Assembly (NCBI GenBank): GCA_023228125.1
Contig: JALOBT010000006.1
Coordinates: forward strand, 7,005 to 71,004
DNA length: 64,000 nt
Reading direction: 5' to 3'
From: Candidatus Cloacimonadota bacterium
Lineage (GTDB): Bacteria > Cloacimonadota > Cloacimonadia > Cloacimonadales > Cloacimonadaceae
Part shown: piece after piece, positions 1-9,955 of the stretch
How positions within the stretch are numbered: the first letter of the stretch is position 1
Layout of the letters: each line of letters opens with the position of its first letter
The notes under the pieces: generated by a model
The model's database searches: none
What the model saw: the letters and a program-made list of their open reading frames with translations, nothing else
Told to the model about the DNA's origin: nothing
Made by a program: the position numbers and the translations under genes

Positions 1-698
1 CGTAATTTGGCCAGACCTTCTACGGTCACACCGGCGCGGGGCATTTCGTCTGTATCGATTATCACCGGATCGCCTTTGCGTTGAGGGATGGCTATAGGCA
101 CGATCTCGTCTTTAAAACGGCCACTTTTTTGAGCGGCTTCAGTTTTATTTTGAGACTTCGCGGAAAACTCATCCTGCTGCTGCCTGGTCAAATGATACTT
201 TTCAGCCAGGTTCTCGGCCGTCATGCCCATGTGATAGTCGTTGAAGATGTCGGACAAACCGTCGCGGATCATCAAGTCCACCATGGTTTTATCTCCCATG
301 CGGGCGCCCCAGCGAGCGTCTTTGAGAATGTAGGGGATCTGGCTCATGTTCTCAGTGCCACCAGCGACCACGATTTCTGCCTCTTCACAAGCGATCATCA
401 TGGCAGCCAAAGCAATAGCCTTCATGCCGCTGCCGCAAACTTTGTTCACGGTATAAGCTGGCACATAATCCGGGATTCCGGCATGGATGCTGATCTGACG
501 GGCTACATTTTGCCCAAGGCCAGCTCCACAGACATTGCCGACGATCACTTCGTCGATGGTTTCCGGTTTGACGCCGGTTTCAGCAAAGATTGCTTGCAAG
601 GTATGCACCCCAAGCTGGATTGCGGATACGTCTTTAAAGACTCCGCCAAAATTTCCGATAGGGCTGCGTTTTGCGCATACTACTACTGGTTGTTTCAT
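1..698 (-). CDS. acetyl-CoA C-acetyltransferase (thiolase II), N-terminal ~232 codons; the remainder lies beyond the left edge of the window
   Basis: Reverse-strand translation from the ATG at 698-696 reads MKQPVVVCAKRSPIGNFGGVFKDVSAIQLGVH. It contains the thiolase active-site Cys motif YTVNKVCGSGMKAIA (about 400-445). A GGAGGA Shine-Dalgarno sequence lies immediately upstream (702-707). The gene is absent from the ORF track because no stop codon falls inside the window. The track ORF 81..809 (+) is its antisense shadow. Confidence 0.85.
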   Translation of the reverse strand, partial: MKQPVVVCAKRSPIGNFGGVFKDVSAIQLGVHTLQAIFAETGVKPETIDEVIVGNVCGAGLGQNVARQISIHAGIPDYVPAYTVNKVCGSGMKAIALAAMMIACEEAEIVVAGGTENMSQIPYILKDARWGARMGDKTMVDLMIRDGLSDIFNDYHMGMTAENLAEKYHLTRQQQDEFSAKSQNKTEAAQKSGRFKDEIVPIAIPQRKGDPVIIDTDEMPRAGVTVEGLAKL

Positions 699-797
699 CT
701 TTCCTCCAGATTTTCTATGTTTTTTTCTTTTGTATTCCATATAAACAAAGGGGGTATTTTAGTCAATGGCAAAGTTGGAGTTTGGGGTTTTAGCGTT

Positions 798-1961
798 TTA
801 TCGTTTTGAGGTTTTACCGTTTCCAGGCAAACCTGCCATCACTAACTCTGCTTCTCCACTCAAGGTGATATTCTGTTCTTCATGAGGGATGATAATGCTA
901 TCGGCTTTGTTTAGCATCAGGCTTTGCATTCCAGACTTGAGCTTTGCTCTTCCTTGCAGGCCGAGCAGGATTTTGGGGCCTGGTATGCAAGGAAGCTGCA
1001 TCTGCCCTTGAAGCTTAATCCGGTAAAGCGCAAAGTCTGGCACGGGGGTATGATATTCGGTAAGCTGGTTTATTATGAGCTGTGGGGCAATTATTTGCGG
1101 TAAATATGGCTCCATACTCATGACCTTCAGCAGTTCACGGGTATCGATATGTTTGGGAGTGAGTCCGGCGCGCAGCACATTGTCACTACAGGCCATGATT
1201 TCGATGCCGGCACCCCTTAGGTAGGCGTGCACTATTCCCGCCTGAAGGCTGATGGCTTGATAAGGTTTGAGCAGGATGAGATTCATCAAGAGGGGAGAGA
1301 TTACACTGTTGTCATTGGGATAGAGCTTGCTAAGCTCTTGCATCCAGATGATTTCCTGAGCCCATTTGCCTTCAGTGGGAAGCTGCAAAAGGATTGCATT
1401 CAGCTTGGTCAGAGGCGGACGGGTGATGATCTCTTTATACAATAAGGTAAAACTGGCGGAATTGAGTTCTTTAGCAAAGCGCGGAAAGCTCTGGAAAAGC
1501 CCAGAGATTCCACAGTCCTGAAAAGCTTCTATGATCTGGGCATAGCTCCGGAAGCCACAGAGGGCATGAAAATCCGTTAAAGCCATGATCAGCTCCGGTT
1601 TATGATTGTCATCCCGATAGTTGCGGATAGGATCGCTAAGCGGCAGTCCCTGCTCGTTTTCACGGGCAAAGCCTATTTCAGCCTGGCTCTTGGAAGGATG
1701 CACCTGGATGGATAGGGCCTGATCCGCAGCGAGAATCTTCATTAAGTATGGTAGCTCATGCTGCTGTGCGCCAAGCCAATATGCCGGTTCAGCACTGATG
1801 ATTTCATTTAGCCTGCGCCCCTCAATCAGAGAGGGAGCTTTGGGGTGGGCACCATACCAGGCCTCTGCCAGAGGTCCGGATTCAGCGAGATGTAAAAAGG
1901 ATTGGATAAAGCTGTGTGAGCCCCAGAGATAGGGCTGCAGGGCTGCTTTGAGGTATTTCAT
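798..1961 (-). CDS. manA: mannose-6-phosphate isomerase, class I
   Basis: 387 aa. Type I PMI motifs are present: LSIQVHPSK (zinc ligand region), YRDDNHKPE and HAYLRG. ATG start with an AAGGAG SD sequence. Confidence 0.85.
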   Translation of the reverse strand: MKYLKAALQPYLWGSHSFIQSFLHLAESGPLAEAWYGAHPKAPSLIEGRRLNEIISAEPAYWLGAQQHELPYLMKILAADQALSIQVHPSKSQAEIGFARENEQGLPLSDPIRNYRDDNHKPELIMALTDFHALCGFRSYAQIIEAFQDCGISGLFQSFPRFAKELNSASFTLLYKEIITRPPLTKLNAILLQLPTEGKWAQEIIWMQELSKLYPNDNSVISPLLMNLILLKPYQAISLQAGIVHAYLRGAGIEIMACSDNVLRAGLTPKHIDTRELLKVMSMEPYLPQIIAPQLIINQLTEYHTPVPDFALYRIKLQGQMQLPCIPGPKILLGLQGRAKLKSGMQSLMLNKADSIIIPHEEQNITLSGEAELVMAGLPGNGKTSKR

Positions 1962-1970
1962 CAGAACTCC

Positions 1971-3434
1971 TTAGAACTGGAAGTAGATAAAGGGTTGCAA
2001 GTCTGCACTTTTGGCTTGGTACAGGATCCAGATCACCAGAGCCAGAGCCAGGGATTTGATCGGCCAGGGCATTTTGCCCAAGAATCTCTCATAGGCCTGC
2101 TGCCAGGAATCAGGTTGCCAATGTGCCAGAAAACCGATGACAATAAGATACGCGATAATCTGGTATTCGTTGAACCAGTGTTTGAACAAAGCCGCATTAA
2201 AGGCTGTAAAGATGCGGTTTATCATCAGCCAGGCATCGGCAAAAGTGCGGCTACGGAAAAAGATCCAGGCAAAACAGACAAAATGGAAGGTGAGGATGAT
2301 CCCGATCACCTTCATTAGCTTGGTGTGGGCTATCTTCAGGCTCAGCCAGGCTTTGTCAAAGATCAAAGCCACTCCATGCAAGCCACCCCAAAAGACGAAA
2401 TTCCAGCTCGCACCATGCCAGAGTCCGCCCAGGAGCATAGTGATCCCCAGATTCAGATACTGCCGGCTCTTGCCTTTGCGATTTCCACCCAGAGGGATGT
2501 AAATATAGTCCCTCAGCCAGGTGGAAAGCGAGATATGCCAGCGGCGCCAGAAATCCGTAACGCTATAGGCCCGATAAGGGCTGAGGAAGTTGATGGGCAG
2601 GGTAAAGCCCATTAAGGCAGCCAGACCTATGGCGATATCGGAGTAGCCGCTGAAATCACAGTAAATCTGCAAAGCGTAGGCATAGACTCCGAGCAAATTT
2701 TCCATCCCGGAAAACAGGGCTGGATTCTCAAAGATGCGATCCACGAAATTGACTGACAGGTAATCTGCAATCACCCCTTTCTTGAGTAAACCGGCAAAGA
2801 TCAAGACCAGGGCCCGGGCGATGGTATCTTCATCCAAATCAAGCTTCTTGTGGATCTGCGGGATGAAGTAAGAGGCTCTTACGATGGGGCCTGCCACCAA
2901 TTGCGGGAAGAAGGAGACGAAGAAGGCAAAATCCTTGAAACTGTGGATGGGCTCCAGCTTTTTATAGTAAATATCCAGAGTGTAGCTCCAGGTCTGGAAG
3001 GTGAAAAAGCTGATGCCAACCGGTAAAAAGATGTCCATCATGGGGATGGTGCCACCGAAGAGCTGATTGATGGTGCCGAGGATGAAATTAGTGTACTTGA
3101 AATAGCCCAGAGTGCCCAGATTCCAGAGCAGGCTAAGGCCCAGCCAGGCGCGCCGGCCCTTCATGCCTTCCGTGCGATGGATAGCCGCTCCCAGAGCAAA
3201 ATTGACCAAAGCTGTGATCAATAAGAGTAGAACGAAGCTGCCGCTGGTTTTGAAATAAAAGTAAAGCGAGACGGCCAGTAGATACCAGACCCTAATGCGG
3301 GTGTGATTGACCACCAGCGGGTAGATCAAGAGCACCAGGATAAAGAAAAAGAGGAAGAAAGTGCTATTGAACAGCAGAGGATTCATCTGATCGTAATTTA
3401 GCGACTCAAGAATGCTCTGCCAGAGATAGTTCAT
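1971..3434 (-). CDS. MBOAT-family membrane O-acyltransferase (AlgI/DltB/PatA-like)
   Basis: 487 aa, polytopic and hydrophobic. Carries the conserved MBOAT block FWRRWHISLSTWLRDYIYIPLGGNR and WHGASW. The start overlaps the stop of the upstream gene (ATGA at 3431-3434). Confidence 0.85.
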   Translation of the reverse strand: MNYLWQSILESLNYDQMNPLLFNSTFFLFFFILVLLIYPLVVNHTRIRVWYLLAVSLYFYFKTSGSFVLLLLITALVNFALGAAIHRTEGMKGRRAWLGLSLLWNLGTLGYFKYTNFILGTINQLFGGTIPMMDIFLPVGISFFTFQTWSYTLDIYYKKLEPIHSFKDFAFFVSFFPQLVAGPIVRASYFIPQIHKKLDLDEDTIARALVLIFAGLLKKGVIADYLSVNFVDRIFENPALFSGMENLLGVYAYALQIYCDFSGYSDIAIGLAALMGFTLPINFLSPYRAYSVTDFWRRWHISLSTWLRDYIYIPLGGNRKGKSRQYLNLGITMLLGGLWHGASWNFVFWGGLHGVALIFDKAWLSLKIAHTKLMKVIGIILTFHFVCFAWIFFRSRTFADAWLMINRIFTAFNAALFKHWFNEYQIIAYLIVIGFLAHWQPDSWQQAYERFLGKMPWPIKSLALALVIWILYQAKSADLQPFIYFQF

Positions 3435-4711
3435 CTGGTATCCCCGCTTTCGCTATAAACTTTGTAACCCTTGATCAGGCTTTGATAAAAGAGATGTCCC
3501 TGCAACATGTATCCCTTTGGAGTGTAGTGCAGAAGGTCACGCGCTGCCATCTTGTACTGACGCCAGGAATTAATGCTGCCAGAGCCGCCCATCACAGCTC
3601 TGAGCTCCCACCAGGCCAGATCGTGCTCAGTAGCATACTCGCGGATATTGGCTTCGATGCTGCTGATAGCGGGGTTTGACTTGCCATTCTTATACGAATC
3701 AGGCGGCAGGGTAAAGAGCAGGGCCGCTTCAGAATTGGCGTTTATCAGATTCTGCATAAAGAGCCTTAGATTAGCTTTCATTACCTCATCACGGTAGCGT
3801 CCCTGAGCGTCGTTTGTGCCCAGGGAAATTATGATCAGATCCGGCTTCAGGATACCGATCTGCTGGAAAAACTGCTCTTCTTTTGCCAAAGTGTAAAAGC
3901 CGGCCCCGTTTATACCCATACTGTGGTATAGCAGGCCATTTTCCTCCCGCTCCAGACTAAAGCCGTAGAGCTGCTTCATGCTGCCGGGGAGCTTTACTTC
4001 CGCTTCAGCTCCGCGCTGGGCAAGCTTGAGCAGGTGGCTGCTGCCAGCAGGATCGTTATTATGGGAAATCATCTGCAAGCCGGAATCATCGCTGAATCTC
4101 GCCTCGCTATCGGCAAAGACCCTGATTTTATCGAATTTACTATCAATTTGGAAGAAGGAATTTGTCTTGATCCTCAGTGTGGCTGGCCTGGCGATTTCCA
4201 GAGTGTATCCGCTGAGGCTGGGTGGTTTGGATATTCTACTAAAGCGGCTGTTAGAAGAAATCTGATAATCATCCGGCTGGTTCGTTTTTGCCAGCTTATG
4301 CGGGAAGATCAGTCCCCGGCCGGCATTGCCAAAATACTTTTGCAGTGCGCTACGGGCAGTTCCGCTAAAGAACCCGCTCTGGATATGCGAATCTCCGATC
4401 TGGTATATTACCACTTGCTTACGCTTTCCAGCCCTCAGTTCCAGGAGTTTGCGGTAAAAATCCGTGAGGGCAGGACTTTCGTTAGAAAGGTGATTGTGCT
4501 CAGGATGGATAAAGCTATATTCTTTGATATAGCTATCGCTATCCAGCAGGAGGTAGTAGCTTTGAATGAATTCCTCCAGGGTGTCCAGGTCTTCGGGATA
4601 TTCGTCTTCGGTAAAAAGCAGGGCTTGCTGCCGCTCAGATTTGCTAAGAGCCAAAAGCAAAACCAGACTGACCAGCAGCAGCAGGATCATAAGAAACCGG
4701 TGGCGGCTCAC
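3431..4711 (-). CDS. membrane-anchored SGNH/GDSL-family protein (probable polysaccharide O-acetyltransferase/esterase partner of the MBOAT)
   Basis: 426 aa with an N-terminal signal anchor (MSRHRFLMILLLLVSLVLLLAL). SGNH block I is IGDSHIQ and block III-like is SLGTNDA. GTG start overlaps the upstream stop (GTGA at 4708-4711). Confidence 0.7.
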   Translation of the reverse strand: MSRHRFLMILLLLVSLVLLLALSKSERQQALLFTEDEYPEDLDTLEEFIQSYYLLLDSDSYIKEYSFIHPEHNHLSNESPALTDFYRKLLELRAGKRKQVVIYQIGDSHIQSGFFSGTARSALQKYFGNAGRGLIFPHKLAKTNQPDDYQISSNSRFSRISKPPSLSGYTLEIARPATLRIKTNSFFQIDSKFDKIRVFADSEARFSDDSGLQMISHNNDPAGSSHLLKLAQRGAEAEVKLPGSMKQLYGFSLEREENGLLYHSMGINGAGFYTLAKEEQFFQQIGILKPDLIIISLGTNDAQGRYRDEVMKANLRLFMQNLINANSEAALLFTLPPDSYKNGKSNPAISSIEANIREYATEHDLAWWELRAVMGGSGSINSWRQYKMAARDLLHYTPKGYMLQGHLFYQSLIKGYKVYSESGDTR

Positions 4712-6165
4712 GACTCTCCTTTGAAGAATTTGAGCAGCAATTCAGCCACATAATCCGCTCCCCGCCTGGTGAAGTGCGTATAATCTTTTCCGGCCAGGGG
4801 AGGATTTTGGTTCACCAGCCCCAGCATGGAATTGTAGCCTCCCATCGCTTCATAGAGGTTCCAAAAGGCGCAGCCGGTCTCCTGGGCAAATTCGCTTTGG
4901 GTCTTAACCAGGATGGGGATATCCGGTGAGGTTTTGTATATGGTGCCGTCTTTGATGCTGTGATCATGGGCACTGATGATCAAAATCGGCACCTTGGGCA
5001 GGGCAGCCTGGATATGCTCTATGGTGCGGATCATGGCACGTTTATAGTTCTGATAATTGGTATTCTTGGGGCTGGAGACGTTTTCCCCATATTGCAAGAT
5101 TACCAGATCGTAGCCCAAGCTCTGGTGAAAATCCCGCAAAACATCAGCATGGATGCGCTGAAAATACATGCCGGAATAGCCGCGGATGGGGAAATTGTCC
5201 ACATAAAGGCCGCGATCTTCATCAAAGGACAGACCATACAGATGCAGAGGATCATTTTTGGAAAAGGTCAGACGGATGCGCTTGACCTGCTGATTAAGAC
5301 TCAAATCCAATACTTGCAGGGAGTTTCCAGCTCTGAGCTGTCTGCTGATAACCGGCGCAGAATCGTAGGATACACGCACAAAAGAGCTGTCTGAAGCGTG
5401 GCTGTAATATAGTTTGATGCCATCAAAATACGCAGCTCCACCAGCGATGTCCACAGCCCGGTATTCCACCCAGGGGTCTTCATCCACATAGAATCTGGTA
5501 AGCTTGCTCACTTTCAATGTATCTGGAGCACTGGCCAAACTATCGGCCGCAAACAGGCTATCCGGGCTCTCAATATTATCCGAGCTATCTGTCTCGATCT
5601 TTCTCTGCTCCAGATAGTAGGGCCGGGGGATGAAGGTATAGCCTGTGATGCCCAGGGAAATGTCGTTTTTGCTGCGGGTCATAAAGGAGACGGTTTCCCA
5701 ATTGCGGGAGAACTCGTGACGGATGGTCTGCCGAAAACCGGAAACGATGGAGGTAATGGGCATCATGCCTACTCCCAGACCTCCGTAAATATCCTGCAAG
5801 GTAGATCTTAGCGGCCCGGTGATGAGGTCTCCCTCAATGATGGAATCCCCGAAATAAGCGATCCTCAGTTTCCTGATGGAATAGCCTGAAGTCCCTTCGA
5901 TAAAGGCTGTTTTCCCTTCCCGGGCTTTCATCGCACCCAATTTGTCCAAAAAAGGACGCAGAGGGCTGGGAGTATTGATGATCTTCTTTTGTACTACTGC
6001 AATAGTATCCGGCTCTTCAACCGAAGGCCTTAGTGCGGAAAACCAGGGCATTTTGCGAATGGTGAAGACATCGTTGTTCCAAATTGGCAAAACCCAGGCC
6101 ACCAGGCCGGTGAGTATTGCCGCCAAAGCGATGATCAATAAAGGCTTTAAAAAGTCTTTGTTCAT
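4708..6165 (-). CDS. membrane-anchored SGNH/GDSL-family protein, second paralogous partner
   Basis: 485 aa with an N-terminal TM segment (LLIIALAAILTGLVAWVL). SGNH block I is YFGDSIIEGD; later blocks are QYGENVS and DYTHFTRRGA. Confidence 0.7.
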   Translation of the reverse strand: MNKDFLKPLLIIALAAILTGLVAWVLPIWNNDVFTIRKMPWFSALRPSVEEPDTIAVVQKKIINTPSPLRPFLDKLGAMKAREGKTAFIEGTSGYSIRKLRIAYFGDSIIEGDLITGPLRSTLQDIYGGLGVGMMPITSIVSGFRQTIRHEFSRNWETVSFMTRSKNDISLGITGYTFIPRPYYLEQRKIETDSSDNIESPDSLFAADSLASAPDTLKVSKLTRFYVDEDPWVEYRAVDIAGGAAYFDGIKLYYSHASDSSFVRVSYDSAPVISRQLRAGNSLQVLDLSLNQQVKRIRLTFSKNDPLHLYGLSFDEDRGLYVDNFPIRGYSGMYFQRIHADVLRDFHQSLGYDLVILQYGENVSSPKNTNYQNYKRAMIRTIEHIQAALPKVPILIISAHDHSIKDGTIYKTSPDIPILVKTQSEFAQETGCAFWNLYEAMGGYNSMLGLVNQNPPLAGKDYTHFTRRGADYVAELLLKFFKGES

Positions 6166-6206
6166 GGTGCCTAAGGCTTTATCTCACATTCTTTCGGTCT
6201 AAAAGC

Positions 6207-8114
6207 CTACAAAGCTGCTTTGATGCGCTTGATCAGAGAAGCTGCATCCATCTGATAGGCTTCGTATAGTTCCTCGGAAGTTCCGGATACAGGATAAGCT
6301 TCGACCCCGATGCGGGTGAGCCTGCTCCGATGCTTCACATCCAGGAGAGCCTCTGCAAGGCTTGATCCGAGCCCGCCATGGATGCTGTGATCTTCTATGC
6401 TGATGATAGGCCCGCGCTTGGCTGCCTCTGCGATCATTTTGCTCTCAAGGGCAAGAGGGCAAGAGACATAGACCAGCTCAAGGGAAGTGCCTTCTGTACG
6501 CAGAGCATCGACAGCCTCTACAGCTCTGCCTGCGGGGGTTCCACACACGAACACAGTTGCTTTTTTCCCGGTGCGCAGCACATCCGCCTTGCCATATTCA
6601 AAGCGATAATCCAGACCATAGAAAAGCTCATTTTCAGAGTCTTTGATGATCGGGAGTTTGGAGCGTCCCATAGCGACAAAATAGTTACCGGGTTTATCAA
6701 TCAACCAGCGTATGATACGATCAGTCTGATTCGCATCTGCCGGACAGATGATCCTGGTATCAAAGAGATTACGCACCAGAGAAATATAGTCTATACATTG
6801 GTGAGTCTTGCCATCTTCGCCTACATCTATGCCCACGTGGGTAAGCACGGTCTTGAGATTGGCGCGATTGATATCGTTCAGCCTTTGCATATTATAGGTT
6901 TCATCTATGCCAAAGACCCCGAATTCTGCCCAAAAGCACTGAATCCCTGTGGTAGATATGGCTCCACTCATCACTGCGGCATGGTGTTCCATGATTCCGC
7001 TCTGTAAAAACCGCTCTGGGAATTCATCCCGGAAAGCGGTGGTTTTCACGCTGCTGGCCAGATCGCAATCCACCACCACAATGGGGACGCTGCTCTCGCG
7101 ATTGATCTTGGCCAGATCCACAATAGCGTTTCCCCAGGCACTGCGACAATCACTTTCAGAGCTATATAATATAGGTTTTCCCTGTTTCAGATCGAAGTTA
7201 GGCTGATTTTCTTTAGGATGCTGATCCTTATTGGCTTTAAAAGCTGCCCGCATTTTCTGATACTTAGGCAGTTCGGAAGGCATGTCCAGCTCTTTCAAAG
7301 CTTCTTCACATTGCTCGATTGATAGGGTGGAACCGTGGTATTTGGCTTTATCTTCCATGAAACTCACCCCTTTGCCCATAGTGGTGTGAGCCAGGATCAT
7401 TACAGGTTTCTCTGCGGATTGTACTTCCTGTAGAGTATCCAGAATCTGAGGGATATCATGACCACTTACTTCCATTACCTGCCAGCCGTCTGATTCCCAA
7501 TTCTGACGGATGCTTTGGGGCATTACATCGTGAATGGAGCCGGAGATCTGCAATTGGTTATAATCAATAATTGCTGTGAGATTAGTCAGCTTAAATTTGC
7601 TGGCAAAGCGGCGGGCTTCGGAAATCTGTCCTTTTTGCTGTTCGCCATCGCCCATAATCACATAACTTTGGTAGTCCAGGCCTCTGATTTTGGCTGAAAT
7701 GGCAAAGCCTGTGGCCGCAGAGAGCCCCTGCCCCAGATTTCCACTGCTCCACTCTACCCCCGGCACTTCCCGATCCACATGGCCATCAAAGATACTGCCA
7801 TATTTGCGGAATAGCGCAATAGCCTCATCCAAAGGGAAATAGCCCATGATCCCCAAACTGCTGTAAGCTGCAGGGGAAATATGACCGATGGAATACACCA
7901 TACGGTCTCGCTCTGCCCACTGGGGATTCTTGGGATCATGGCGCATGGTATTGTATATGGATAAGATCATGTCTATGCTGGACATAGATCCACCCGGGTG
8001 GCCGCTGCCAGATAGGGTGGTCATCTGCAAAATCGCCTGTCTGGCGGTCTTTGCCTGCTGAGTGATTAGGGGAATTAGCTCTGTTTTTGTCACTTTATTT
8101 ACCTCAAGTATCAT
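6207..8114 (-). CDS. tkt: transketolase (fused N- and C-terminal sections)
   Basis: Carries the TPP-binding motif SGSGHPGGSMSS, the GDGEQQKG block, and C-terminal pyrimidine-binding and transketolase-C regions. The track ORF starts at a TTG (8123). The first ATG is at 8114. A GTG at 8093 preceded by GAGGT gives the typical distance to the GHPGG motif and may be the true start. Confidence 0.85.
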   Translation of the reverse strand: MILEVNKVTKTELIPLITQQAKTARQAILQMTTLSGSGHPGGSMSSIDMILSIYNTMRHDPKNPQWAERDRMVYSIGHISPAAYSSLGIMGYFPLDEAIALFRKYGSIFDGHVDREVPGVEWSSGNLGQGLSAATGFAISAKIRGLDYQSYVIMGDGEQQKGQISEARRFASKFKLTNLTAIIDYNQLQISGSIHDVMPQSIRQNWESDGWQVMEVSGHDIPQILDTLQEVQSAEKPVMILAHTTMGKGVSFMEDKAKYHGSTLSIEQCEEALKELDMPSELPKYQKMRAAFKANKDQHPKENQPNFDLKQGKPILYSSESDCRSAWGNAIVDLAKINRESSVPIVVVDCDLASSVKTTAFRDEFPERFLQSGIMEHHAAVMSGAISTTGIQCFWAEFGVFGIDETYNMQRLNDINRANLKTVLTHVGIDVGEDGKTHQCIDYISLVRNLFDTRIICPADANQTDRIIRWLIDKPGNYFVAMGRSKLPIIKDSENELFYGLDYRFEYGKADVLRTGKKATVFVCGTPAGRAVEAVDALRTEGTSLELVYVSCPLALESKMIAEAAKRGPIISIEDHSIHGGLGSSLAEALLDVKHRSRLTRIGVEAYPVSGTSEELYEAYQMDAASLIKRIKAAL

Positions 8115-8316
8115 AATTATCAATCTCGTGCCGCTTTATCTTTAAGCAAGACAATCAGCACATAAAGTCAGCCTAAAAATATGCCATATAGGTCAAGGGA
8201 AAAATGTTGGAGACTGTTTTTCAAGTTGCCAAAACCTGGCTTTGACTAGGCTTGTGAATTTGTTCTTGAATTAGCTGGATGCCTATATCTTTACCTTGGG
8301 GGATCAGCCATTAGCG

Positions 8317-8787
8317 TTACAGTTTTTTGATGCCCAGGTTCAGAAAGCCCGGTATTAGTCCCAAGATATGCACTTTTGCATCGTCCAGGATACCGGAGGC
8401 TTCGCTGGGAATTTGCTTTAGCAAGATCTCCGTGATGTCTATGTCCAGGATATTGCCATTCAGGCTAATTTGCGGGATTTTGCCCTTCAGCAGGCCCAGC
8501 AGCTTTTGGATGATAGCGCCTGCCGTACCCAAGAGTTCGCAGTGCAGGGTAGATTTCTTCTGGCTGAGATCGATTCCGAGGATTCGGGCCTCCACACTGA
8601 GGTTTTTCATCAGAAAGATACTGGTCTGAAGGTGTATCCTGATCATGTCATCCAGGATTTCCACGGCAACTTTCTGGATCGGTGCTGGTAGTTCCTTCAG
8701 TGCCAGGGCTTCGTTGATCAGGCCTTGCGAAATCTTTGTTTTCAGCTCCAGTTCAAAGGGATGTGCAAGCAAAGTCGCTATATCCAT
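8317..8787 (-). CDS. hypothetical protein (156 aa, no recognised motif)
   Basis: Intact ORF with an ATG start and an AAGGA SD-like sequence. Its composition is similar to neighbouring genes. Confidence 0.55.
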   Translation of the reverse strand: MDIATLLAHPFELELKTKISQGLINEALALKELPAPIQKVAVEILDDMIRIHLQTSIFLMKNLSVEARILGIDLSQKKSTLHCELLGTAGAIIQKLLGLLKGKIPQISLNGNILDIDITEILLKQIPSEASGILDDAKVHILGLIPGFLNLGIKKL

Positions 8788-8914
8788 AGTTTATCCTTCT
8801 TTGTTATAGACTTGTGCCGTTTCCGGTTGCGCGCCGATACTGCCAAGCATCAGCCAGCCCAAGACACAAGTCTATGTAAAATCAACAATCTTCGATCCCA
8901 AAGATTGCCAGCAT

Positions 8915-9304
8915 TTATGAAGTCAGTTCTTTTTCGACTTCATCCCCTTCGTCATCATCATCTTCTTCTTCATCAACGGATTCTTCGTCTTCATCACCGT
9001 CATAGTACATTGCTTCAAGTTTTGCCCTGAACAAGTCTGTGATCAGTTCATATTCATCGTCGTCTTCGATAATGCTGAGTTCCATGACTTCATCCATTTC
9101 CACAAAACGCAGGACATCATAGTCCATGGAATTTACTTCGGAAAGAGCAATGTAATTTACTCCTTCATGCTGCAAAGTCTCAAGTGCGACAAAGTCTTTC
9201 TCGCTACCATCTTCCATCTCAAGAGTGATGACGCTACTTAGTTCATCGTCCATGTCTTCATCGGCTTCGTTTTTCAGGTTTGGGTCAATATGTTTTTCAG
9301 TCAT
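8915..9304 (-). CDS. DUF1292-family small acidic protein
   Basis: Taken from the internal ATG at 9304 (MTEKHIDPNL...), not the 189-aa track ORF. Shows the typical DUF1292 pattern (DEDGSEKDF..LE....G..Y..L) and a poly-acidic C-terminal tail. Confidence 0.7.
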   Translation of the reverse strand: MTEKHIDPNLKNEADEDMDDELSSVITLEMEDGSEKDFVALETLQHEGVNYIALSEVNSMDYDVLRFVEMDEVMELSIIEDDDEYELITDLFRAKLEAMYYDGDEDEESVDEEEDDDDEGDEVEKELTS

Positions 9305-9501
9305 GATAATCTCCCTTAGTTTTTTGCCATTATTTAAAATGCTCAGAATCTGGCAAGCTAAAAATGAGGGGGAGGTCTGGAGTGCGGGAGTTCTGAGCTT
9401 CGGGGGTGCGGGAGAGGTAGAGAAAAAGTTGTTGACAAACAAATGGCCTGAAGGATAGCTGGATACACTGTAAATATATATCAAGCTAAAGAGGATAAAA
9501 A

Positions 9502-9897
9502 ATGAGTAATGTTTCGTTTAATTTTACTGGAGCTGCCATTGGGATTGGCATTTGGTGCGCGTTCTGGCTGATCTGGTACATGATATATAAGCTGCGCAAG
9601 CTTCATCTGTATCAAGGCTTTTACCCACACAAACTCATATCGGGCAGTGAACTTCTTTCAGGAGCTGAGCTGCTTCATGAGATAAAACAGCTATATTTAC
9701 AGGGGATCATCCAAAACCTTTATCTGGGGGAAGACTACATTAGCTTCGAAGACAAAGGCTGCTTCTGGCCCTGGAATATCTATTACATCAAATTCTCAAA
9801 GCTGGATGAACTGCATTATAGAGGGGCATTCAGGATTTACCAATACAACAGAAGAAACCTTGAGGCGATCAGAGCTTTTCTGAGTAAGGTAGGATAA
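9502..9897 (+). CDS. hypothetical single-pass membrane protein
   Basis: 131 aa with one N-terminal TM segment (AAIGIGIWCAFWLIWYMIY). ATG start preceded by an AGAGGA SD sequence. Confidence 0.55.
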   Translation: MSNVSFNFTGAAIGIGIWCAFWLIWYMIYKLRKLHLYQGFYPHKLISGSELLSGAELLHEIKQLYLQGIIQNLYLGEDYISFEDKGCFWPWNIYYIKFSKLDELHYRGAFRIYQYNRRNLEAIRAFLSKVG

Positions 9898-9955
9898 CTA
9901 ATCGACCTGGCTCTCCAGATCACTCGCTGCAGCCTCGCTTGAGCCTTTAACATGT

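Noticed and set aside
81-809. 242-aa + strand ORF at the left edge of the window
   Set aside because: It is antisense to a clear thiolase reading frame with catalytic motifs. The translation is low-complexity and His/Gly/Ser-rich, and there is no SD sequence.
4034-4753. 239-aa + strand ORF
   Set aside because: It is a shadow of the SGNH gene 3431..4711, with no start context and no motif.
8806-8875. 11-bp inverted repeat ATAGACTTGTG / CACAAGTCTAT between the DUF1292 gene and the next gene
   Set aside because: The 48-nt loop and the absence of a U tract make it a weak terminator candidate. It is a single occurrence and of low information.
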